Both the position numbers and the translations under genes were made by a program. From the NCBI GenBank assembly GCA_036260055.1, contig DATAAQ010000136.1, forward strand, positions 1 to 30,273: a DNA stretch of 30,273 nucleotides, given 5' to 3'. Shown piece by piece: positions 22,999 through 30,273 of the stretch. The first letter of the stretch is position 1; each line of letters begins with the position of its first letter. Under the pieces are notes generated by a model. That model had not been told where the DNA came from and ran no database searches. It saw nothing but the letters and a program-made list of their open reading frames with translations. This DNA comes from Gaiellaceae bacterium. GTDB lineage: Bacteria > Actinomycetota > Thermoleophilia > Gaiellales > Gaiellaceae.

Positions 22999-23202
22999 CT
23001 ACGCGGCGGCCGGGCGGATCCGGGAGCGCTTGCGCTCGACCGCGCGAAGCCGCTGCCGCAGGCGGGCCCACGCCCACGGCTCGACCTCCTCGTAGCGCCC
23101 CGACGAGACCTCCGCCTGGGTCGACTCGAGGTACTCGAACCAGGCGTCCGCCTCCTCGATCGCCAGCGTCTCACGCGCCTCGCGCGTGTCCTCGGTGCTC
23201 AT
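22999..23202 (-). CDS. Small helical hypothetical protein (67 aa)
   Basis: Coding-like codon usage, fits between DUF697 and rne in operon direction; EEADAWFEYL...YEEVEPWAWARL. Confidence 0.75.
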   Translation of the reverse strand: MSTEDTREARETLAIEEADAWFEYLESTQAEVSSGRYEEVEPWAWARLRQRLRAVERKRSRIRPAAA

Positions 23203-23213
23203 GGCCCGACAGG

Positions 23214-24071
23214 CTAGGACCGGGACCGGACGGACCGAAGGAGGTCCTCGAAGCGCTTCGTCCCGCCCGACTCGAAGTACGCGATGGCGGCCTCGCCGAG
23301 CGCGCGCGTGCCGGCGAACGCGATGGCTCCCTGCGCCGCCCAGCCGACCACCGGGACCGCGCCGACAACCGAGCGGGCGACCGCCCGGAGCCCGAAGCCG
23401 GCGGCGACCACGGGCAGCAGCTCGAGCGCCCGCTCGCGGTCGATCTTCTCGCCGTGCGCGGCGGCGATACGGAAGACCATGCGGATCTGGTTCAGGAGCA
23501 GCACGGGGAGGTCGGCGCCGGGGATGAAGATGGCCGCGGCGAGGATCCCGTTCTGGCGCGCGAAGCCGCGGACGACGCTCTCGCTGACCGGCCGGCGGAG
23601 CACGGGCAGCTTGGCGGCGAGGACGTACCCGTTGTCGCCCGCGCGGCCGGCGATCCGCTCGGCGATGCGGGCGAGGGGGAGCTCCTCGCTCGGCGCGACC
23701 GAGACGACGTCGGTGGCGAGGACGTAGGGGACGTCGACGGGCTCCTCCGGCGGCTCGCCCACGAGCACGCAGAGCACCTCGACGCCGTTCCGGTCCGCGA
23801 GCCGCAGCACCGCCTCGTCCTCCGGACCGGGGCGCGGCCCGTCGACGACGTGCACGAGGACCTTGGCTCCCTGGACGTCGTACGTCGTCACCTCGCGCCC
23901 CGTCAGGTCGCGGACGGCGTGCTCGTCGCCGCCCGCGACGAGCGCCTCCCTGAGCGCGCGGCCGTGCCCGGGCGCCCCCGAGACGAGCAGCGGCCGGAAG
24001 TCCTCGCCCGCGGCGCGGATCTCCTTGACGACGCTCCAGACGGCCGTCGGCTTGACGGGCAGCGTTCTCAG
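23214..24071 (-). CDS. DUF697/YcjF-like membrane-associated protein; start probably CTG at 24071
   Basis: C-terminal region NGILAAAIFIPGADLPVL..NQIRMVFRIAAAHG..GFGLRAVAR..VPVVGW. The coding-like sequence begins exactly at the CTG overlapping the rodA TGA. Confidence 0.75.
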   Translation of the reverse strand: MRTLPVKPTAVWSVVKEIRAAGEDFRPLLVSGAPGHGRALREALVAGGDEHAVRDLTGREVTTYDVQGAKVLVHVVDGPRPGPEDEAVLRLADRNGVEVLCVLVGEPPEEPVDVPYVLATDVVSVAPSEELPLARIAERIAGRAGDNGYVLAAKLPVLRRPVSESVVRGFARQNGILAAAIFIPGADLPVLLLNQIRMVFRIAAAHGEKIDRERALELLPVVAAGFGLRAVARSVVGAVPVVGWAAQGAIAFAGTRALGEAAIAYFESGGTKRFEDLLRSVRSRS

Positions 24072-25246
24072 GGTCGTCCCGCGAGACGGCCGCGCACGTG
24101 GATGCCCTCGAGGATCCCGATCATGATCAGCGTCGTGATCATCGAGCTTCCCCCGTAGCTCACGAGGGGAAGCGGGATCCCGGTCACCGGCGCGATCCCG
24201 ATCGTCATGCCGACGTTGATGAAGAGCTGGAAGAGGAGGGCGAAGACGATCGTCCCCGCGACCGTCGCGGTGAAGAGGTCGGGCGCGACGGCGATGATCT
24301 TGAGGCCGCGCCAGACGAGGAGCCCGTAGAGCAGGAGGAGGATCGAGGCGCCCAGGAACCCGCGCTGCTCCGCGAGCGACGAGAAGATGAAGTCGGTGTT
24401 GTGCTCGGGGAGGTAGTTGAAGCGGGTCTGGGTGGCGTTGGCGACGCCCCGCCCGTCGAAGCCGCCCGACCCGACGGCGGTCACGGACTGGTTGACGTTG
24501 TACGTCGAGCCGCTGGGGTCGACGTCCGGGTTGACGAAGCCGACGAGCCGGTCGCGCTGGTACGGCTCGAGCACCTCCACGCCCGCCGAGGGGAGGAACC
24601 AGAGGATGCCGGCAGCGAGGAGCCCCGCGACGACGCCGAGCGCGGCGAGGTGGCGCCACGGGGCGCCCCCGAGGAAGAGGACGCCGAGGACGGCCGCGCC
24701 GTAGATCAAGGAGGTGCCGAAGTCCGGCTCCTTGAAGACGAGGAGCACGAGGGGCGCCGCGAGGGCGACGACGCCCGCGGTCGTACGCCATTCCCCCACG
24801 CGCTGACGGCGCTCCGCCACGAAGCCCGCCAGGAAGACGATGAGCACGATCTTGCCGAGCTCGGAGGGCTGGAAGTTGAAGAACCCGATCTCGATCCACC
24901 GTTTCGACCCGCGCACCTCGACGCCGAGGACGTAGACGGCGAGCAGGAGGACGACCGCGACGCCGTAGAGCGGCACCCGCAGGCGCCGGTAGACGTCGGG
25001 GTTGACGGCAATCGCCGCGGCGAGGAGGACCGCGCCGACGGCGACGTAGAGCGTCTGACGGGAGACGTAGTAGTCGGGATTTCCGGGAACGTCGCGGCGG
25101 GTGACGGCTTCGAGGATCCAGAGCCCGTAGGCGACGAGCCCCGCCGTGGCGGCGAGGAGGAGATAGTCGACGTGCCGAAGGAAGGCGCCGACCTCCCAGG
25201 CGGCCGCCTCGGCGCGCTGCCCCGGCGTCGCGACCCGCGTCGCCAT
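24068..25246 (-). CDS. rodA: Rod shape-determining SEDS glycosyltransferase RodA
   Basis: GSKRWI, FQPSELGK, PDFGT, YLPEHNTDFIFS, GIPLPLVSYGGSS. ATG at 25246 in a TGATG overlap with mrdA. Confidence 0.97.
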   Translation of the reverse strand: MATRVATPGQRAEAAAWEVGAFLRHVDYLLLAATAGLVAYGLWILEAVTRRDVPGNPDYYVSRQTLYVAVGAVLLAAAIAVNPDVYRRLRVPLYGVAVVLLLAVYVLGVEVRGSKRWIEIGFFNFQPSELGKIVLIVFLAGFVAERRQRVGEWRTTAGVVALAAPLVLLVFKEPDFGTSLIYGAAVLGVLFLGGAPWRHLAALGVVAGLLAAGILWFLPSAGVEVLEPYQRDRLVGFVNPDVDPSGSTYNVNQSVTAVGSGGFDGRGVANATQTRFNYLPEHNTDFIFSSLAEQRGFLGASILLLLYGLLVWRGLKIIAVAPDLFTATVAGTIVFALLFQLFINVGMTIGIAPVTGIPLPLVSYGGSSMITTLIMIGILEGIHVRGRLAGRP

Positions 25247-27234
25247 CAGTCGCTCTCCTGGACGGTCGCCACGTAGCTCTCCGGGTCGACGTCGAAGTAG
25301 GCCTCGAACACGCGGAGCGCGGTCGGAGCGGCGGCCGTGCCCCCGTTGCCGCCGTTCTCGATGAGCGCGCAGACGGCGATCTCGGGGCTCCCGTAGGGCC
25401 CGTAGCCGCACCACCACGACTGGTCGCGCAGGCCGGAGAAGCCGGGCAGCTGGACGAACTTCTCCGCCGTGCCCGTCTTGCCGGCGATCGGGACGGGGAA
25501 GTCCTGGAACACGTTCACCGACGTCCCGTAGCTCTCGTGGGTCGCCTGGTAGAGGCCTTCCTGGATGACGGCGAGAGCGCTCGGGTCGATTCCGATGTCC
25601 CTCGGCGGCTTCGGCGTGTACGGCCGCAGGACGACCGGCGGCTCGCCCTCGTTGCGCGGCTCCTCCACCGCCTTGACGATCTGCGGCTCCACGAGCTTGC
25701 CGCCGTTCGCGATCATCGCGTACGCGCGCGTCATCTGGAGCGGGGTGACGAGCATGTCCCCCTGGCCGATGGCGAGCTGTACGGAGTCGCCGCTCGTCCA
25801 GATCTTGTCGATCTCGGACTCGAAGTGGCGCCGCCGCCAGCCGGGCGTGGGCACGAGCCCGTCGGCCTCGGGGCCGACGTCGACGCCGGTGGGGCTCCCG
25901 AACCCCATCCGCTTCGCCCACCGCTGGAGCGGCGAGTCACGGCGCTCGTAGAAGCGGAGGGCGACGTCGTAGAAGTACGTGTCGCACGATTCCGCGAGCG
26001 CGCGGTCGAGCGTGAGCGCGTAGTCCGCGTACGGGTTCCAGTTCCGGAACGTCTGGCCGTCGACGACCATCCTGCCGACGCACGGGACCTCCTCGCTCGG
26101 CGACAGCATCCCCTCCTGGAGCGCGGCGAGCGCGGTGATCGGCTTGAACGTCGAGCCGGGCGGGTAGAGCCCCGCGACCGCGCGGTTGAGCGTCGGGTGG
26201 TTCGCCTTCCTGGCGGCGAGCCGCCTCAGCTCCCGCTCCTCGACCCTCCCGACGTAGACGCTCGGCTCGAACGTCGGATTGGAGGCGAGTGCGAGGATCT
26301 CCCCCGTCCCGACGTCCATGGCGACGAGCGCGCCTCCGTCGGCCGCCCACTCGCCGTCCTCGTGCGCGAGGCGGATCCCGTAGGCGAGAGCGTCCTCGGC
26401 CGCGCGCTGGAGCTCGGCGTCGATGGTCAGGCGGATGTTGTCGCCCGCCTCCGGCAGCTGGCTGAACTGGCGCTCGCTCGTCACCCGCCCGAGCGCGTCG
26501 ACGAAGACGCGCCCTACCCCGGGGAGGCCGCGGAGATAGGTGTCGTAGGCGGCCTCGATGCCCGTCTGCCCGATGAGGTCTCCGGCCGCGTAGCCGTCCT
26601 TCTCCTTCGCGCGGAGCTGCTTCGCGCTGATCTCCGAGACGTAGCCGAGGAACTGAGCGCCGATCGTGCCCTGCTCGTAGTGGCGCAGGTACGTCTCCGA
26701 GATCTGGACGCCCGGGAAGTCGGCCTGGTGCTCCATGAGGTAGGCGGCGCGGAGGTTGCCGACGTTCGGGTCGACCGTCACGGGAGTGAGCGGGTCGCTC
26801 GCGGCCCGCTCGTTCACCCTGCGGTGGAGCTGCCTGAACGGAACGTCCAGGAGCCGCGAGAGGCGGCGGAGCATCGCGCTGCGCTCCGCCGCGGGCATGT
26901 CGTCGAGCGCGGCGGGCCAGACCTGGACGAGCGTTCCGGGGCGGTTGCGGACGAGGACGACGCCGCGCCGGTCGACGATCGAGCCTCGCGGCGCCGCCGT
27001 CCGGAACGGCCGGATCTGGTTGTTGCGGGCGTCCTCGAGGTAGCGGTCGCCCGAGATGACCTGGAGCGCCCAGAGCCGGAAGAAGAGCGCGCAGAAGATG
27101 GTGATCGCGAGGACGCCGAGCACGGCGATCCGGATCGCCATCTGCGGCGTGACCCAGTACGGCTCCTCGACCCGCGGATCGGGCGGGAGAAACCGCGGCG
27201 GATGCGTCGGGCCGGGGGGAGTCCGGACGGCCAT
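25246..27234 (-). CDS. mrdA: Penicillin-binding protein 2 (class B)
   Basis: N-terminal TM, APRGSIVDR, dimerisation domain, GSTFKP (SxxK), SCD, and KTGTA. Confidence 0.97.
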   Translation of the reverse strand: MAVRTPPGPTHPPRFLPPDPRVEEPYWVTPQMAIRIAVLGVLAITIFCALFFRLWALQVISGDRYLEDARNNQIRPFRTAAPRGSIVDRRGVVLVRNRPGTLVQVWPAALDDMPAAERSAMLRRLSRLLDVPFRQLHRRVNERAASDPLTPVTVDPNVGNLRAAYLMEHQADFPGVQISETYLRHYEQGTIGAQFLGYVSEISAKQLRAKEKDGYAAGDLIGQTGIEAAYDTYLRGLPGVGRVFVDALGRVTSERQFSQLPEAGDNIRLTIDAELQRAAEDALAYGIRLAHEDGEWAADGGALVAMDVGTGEILALASNPTFEPSVYVGRVEERELRRLAARKANHPTLNRAVAGLYPPGSTFKPITALAALQEGMLSPSEEVPCVGRMVVDGQTFRNWNPYADYALTLDRALAESCDTYFYDVALRFYERRDSPLQRWAKRMGFGSPTGVDVGPEADGLVPTPGWRRRHFESEIDKIWTSGDSVQLAIGQGDMLVTPLQMTRAYAMIANGGKLVEPQIVKAVEEPRNEGEPPVVLRPYTPKPPRDIGIDPSALAVIQEGLYQATHESYGTSVNVFQDFPVPIAGKTGTAEKFVQLPGFSGLRDQSWWCGYGPYGSPEIAVCALIENGGNGGTAAAPTALRVFEAYFDVDPESYVATVQESD

Positions 27235-27237
27235 GAG

Positions 27238-27762
27238 CTAGACGGCGGCGCTGACCTCGCCGCGGCGCGGGCGCACGGCGGGTGGGAAGACGCGGCGGAT
27301 GAGCCCGTAGAGCGGGTAGGCGAGAAGCATGTTGAGCGCCAGCGTCGGGACGAGCACCGCAGCGAAGAACTGGCTCGCGGAGGTCGTCTCGCCGAGCATG
27401 AAGTGGATGACCGCCGAGCCGAGGGCGAAGCCCAGCGTTCCGAGGGCGACCGCGATGAGGGGCGGGTGCGCCGACGCGCGCGTCGTCACGTCGCCGAAGC
27501 GCCCGGCCCAGTAGCCGACGAGCGTGAGGAGGAGCGAGGTGAGGCCGAACGTCTCGAGCGCGGCCGTGTCGAGGACGATCCCGGCCCAGAATCCCGCGGC
27601 GGCTCCGAAGATGGGGCCGCGGACAAGCGCGAGCGCCACGAGCACGACGAGGACGACGTCGGGGTGCCCCTCGGCGACCTCGATCCACGCCGCGATCGAG
27701 ACCTGCACGAGCGCGGCGAGCAGGAGGACGAGCCCCGCCTTCACTGCCTCGACTGCCGTCAC
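27238..27762 (-). CDS. mreD: Rod shape-determining protein MreD
   Basis: Hydrophobic protein with PDVVLV..GFWAGIVLD..GYWAG. GTG at 27762 overlaps the mreC stop (GTGA). Confidence 0.93.
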   Translation of the reverse strand: MTAVEAVKAGLVLLLAALVQVSIAAWIEVAEGHPDVVLVVLVALALVRGPIFGAAAGFWAGIVLDTAALETFGLTSLLLTLVGYWAGRFGDVTTRASAHPPLIAVALGTLGFALGSAVIHFMLGETTSASQFFAAVLVPTLALNMLLAYPLYGLIRRVFPPAVRPRRGEVSAAV

Positions 27763-28694
27763 CGGTCGCGCTTGCCGTTGTCGCGGACGAGGACGATGAC
27801 GTCCGCGAGGGAGTCGAAGTCGACGATCGGCGCGACCTGGATGCGCTTGTAGAGGTCGACGTCCTGCTGGCCCACCGACTCGACGGTCCCGATCACGATC
27901 CCTCGCGGGTAGAGGGACTCGAGCCGGAGCGTCTGCCAGCCCGCCGTCACGACGAGGCTTCCCTCCTCGACGAGCGCGTCCTTCCCGACGCGGTCGAGGA
28001 CGAGCGAGCCCTCGCTGGCGCCGTGCCTGACCACGCCGGGCGCCCCGCTCTCCAGGACGACGGCCGAGACGGCGCTGTCCTGGTCGGTGATGAGGGTCAC
28101 CATCGCCCCGCCCGAGGTCACCTCGGTGACGAGGCCGACGAGGCCGTCCGCCGTGACGACGGGGTCGTTCCGACGAACGCCGTCCTCGCGGCCGGCGGCG
28201 ATCTTGACCTCCTGGCGGTAGGGGCTGGGCGGCCGCGCGATCACGCTCGTGGCGACGCCCTGGTAGTCGTCGGGGAAGCTCGGGCCGCCGATGTACGCGA
28301 GCGCCTCCTTGAGCCGCTCGTTCTCCTGCGCGGCCGTCTCGTTCCGGATCACCTGCTGGCGGAGGTCCTTGACCTCCTCGCGCAGGCCGGCGTTCTCCGA
28401 CTTCGCGTCCACGAGCTCGGAGACGTATCCCCACCCGTCCCGGAAGGGGCGCGCTACGCGCTCCCCGGCGACCTCGAACGGCATGAGGACGGACGCGCCG
28501 AGGCGCTGCGCGGTGTGGAGCGGCCCCTCCGTGGACTCGCGGAAGTAGACGGTGATGAGCCCGAGGGAGAGGAGCACGAGCGCGGCGGCGACGAGCCGCG
28601 CCCTGAACGCGCGCCCCGATCGAGACGAGGTCCCGTCGGAGCGCCGGACGGGCGCGTCCAGCACCGGGAGCCGTGCTGTGCGTTGCCGAGGCAC
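27759..28694 (-). CDS. mreC: Rod shape-determining protein MreC
   Basis: TM segment, coiled coil ENERLKEAL, AGREDGV, GLVG.V, VVTAG, YPRGIVIG.V. Confidence 0.96.
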   Translation of the reverse strand: MPRQRTARLPVLDAPVRRSDGTSSRSGRAFRARLVAAALVLLSLGLITVYFRESTEGPLHTAQRLGASVLMPFEVAGERVARPFRDGWGYVSELVDAKSENAGLREEVKDLRQQVIRNETAAQENERLKEALAYIGGPSFPDDYQGVATSVIARPPSPYRQEVKIAAGREDGVRRNDPVVTADGLVGLVTEVTSGGAMVTLITDQDSAVSAVVLESGAPGVVRHGASEGSLVLDRVGKDALVEEGSLVVTAGWQTLRLESLYPRGIVIGTVESVGQQDVDLYKRIQVAPIVDFDSLADVIVLVRDNGKRDR

Positions 28695-28704
28695 GGAGCG
28701 TGAC

Positions 28705-28710
28705 AGTCTA
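28705..28710 (-). promoter_or_regulatory. -10 box TAGACT, 10 nt before the mreC GTG
   Basis: TAGACT-GTCACGCTCC-GTG with no SD. Confidence 0.45.
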
Positions 28711-28745
28711 GAGCTTCGGTCGGAAACTGTGGTTCCGTGGGGGGT

Positions 28746-29795
<1,050 letters not shown>

Positions 29796-29805
29796 GAGCC
29801 GGACG

Positions 29806-29811
29806 AGTGTA
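29806..29811 (-). promoter_or_regulatory. -10 box TACACT, 10 nt before the mreB ATG
   Basis: GGTACACT-CGTCCGGCTC-ATG with no SD. Confidence 0.5.
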
Positions 29812-29812
29812 C

Positions 29813-30273
29813 CTACGCCGTTTCCAGCAAATTCGGCGCGTGCCGCTCGAGCAACGACACGAGCAGCGCGCCCGGGAGGCCGACGACGTTGAGGTAGTCC
29901 CCTTCGACCCGCTCCACGAGCGACGCGCCGAGACCCTGGATCGCGTAGCCGCCCGCCCGCTCGCGCCACTCCTCCGAGGCGAGATACCTGGCGATGTCGC
30001 GCGCGGTCAGCGAACGGAAGGTCACGAGCGTCCGCTCGCCGTGCAGCTCCTCCCACGCCGGCGTTCGTAGGCACAGCCCCGACACGACCTCGTGCGTGCT
30101 CCCGCCGAGCGTCTCGAGCATCCGCTCGGCGTCCGCGGCGTCGACCGGCTTCCCCAGCACCTGCCCAGCGCAGACGACGACGGTGTCCACGCCGAGCACC
30201 GGCCGGTCGCCGGCAGCCGCGGTGACCGAGCGTGCCTTCCCCCGCGCGTGCTCGCGGACGAGATCGACCGGGT
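29813..30273 (-). CDS. maf: Maf-family nucleotide pyrophosphatase (5'-truncated by the window end)
   Basis: [56 protein letters not shown]. Confidence 0.96.
   Translation of the reverse strand, partial: PVDLVREHARGKARSVTAAAGDRPVLGVDTVVVCAGQVLGKPVDAADAERMLETLGGSTHEVVSGLCLRTPAWEELHGERTLVTFRSLTARDIARYLASEEWRERAGGYAIQGLGASLVERVEGDYLNVVGLPGALLVSLLERHAPNLLETA

Overview
A very GC-rich bacterial chromosome segment, most likely from Actinomycetota (Thermoleophilia/Gaiellales-like; this is an inference from composition, gene order and protein style). The right half (17.7-30.3 kb, minus strand) is a conserved housekeeping run: maf(partial)-mreB-mreC-mreD-mrdA-rodA-DUF697-small hypothetical-rne-rplU-rpmA-obgE-nadD-rsfS. 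It is followed by a small membrane-protein gene and tRNA-Ala(GGC). The left end holds leuS and a MarP-type serine protease. Between the tRNA 3' end and leuS lies a 13 kb accessory block with no integrase or transposase. It contains a nucleotidyltransferase divergent from a metallophosphoesterase plus Cys-rich mini-protein, an orphan membrane PAS hybrid histidine kinase, a four-gene ABC system (two ~1000-aa FtsX-like permeases and two ATPases, one with an AbrB/MraZ-like tail), and a divergent hypothetical gene. The main leads are: the NTase/phosphoesterase/Cys-protein module; the ATPase-AbrB-like fusion; a candidate leader-peptide attenuator upstream of leuS; two probable CTG starts in CTGA stop/start overlaps (rsfS, DUF697); recurrent TANNNT boxes just ahead of start codons and short uORFs; and an exact 37-bp duplication at the window start that looks like a chimeric junction. 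I saw no CRISPR array, rRNA or mobile-element gene. Family calls come from motif recognition, not database searches.
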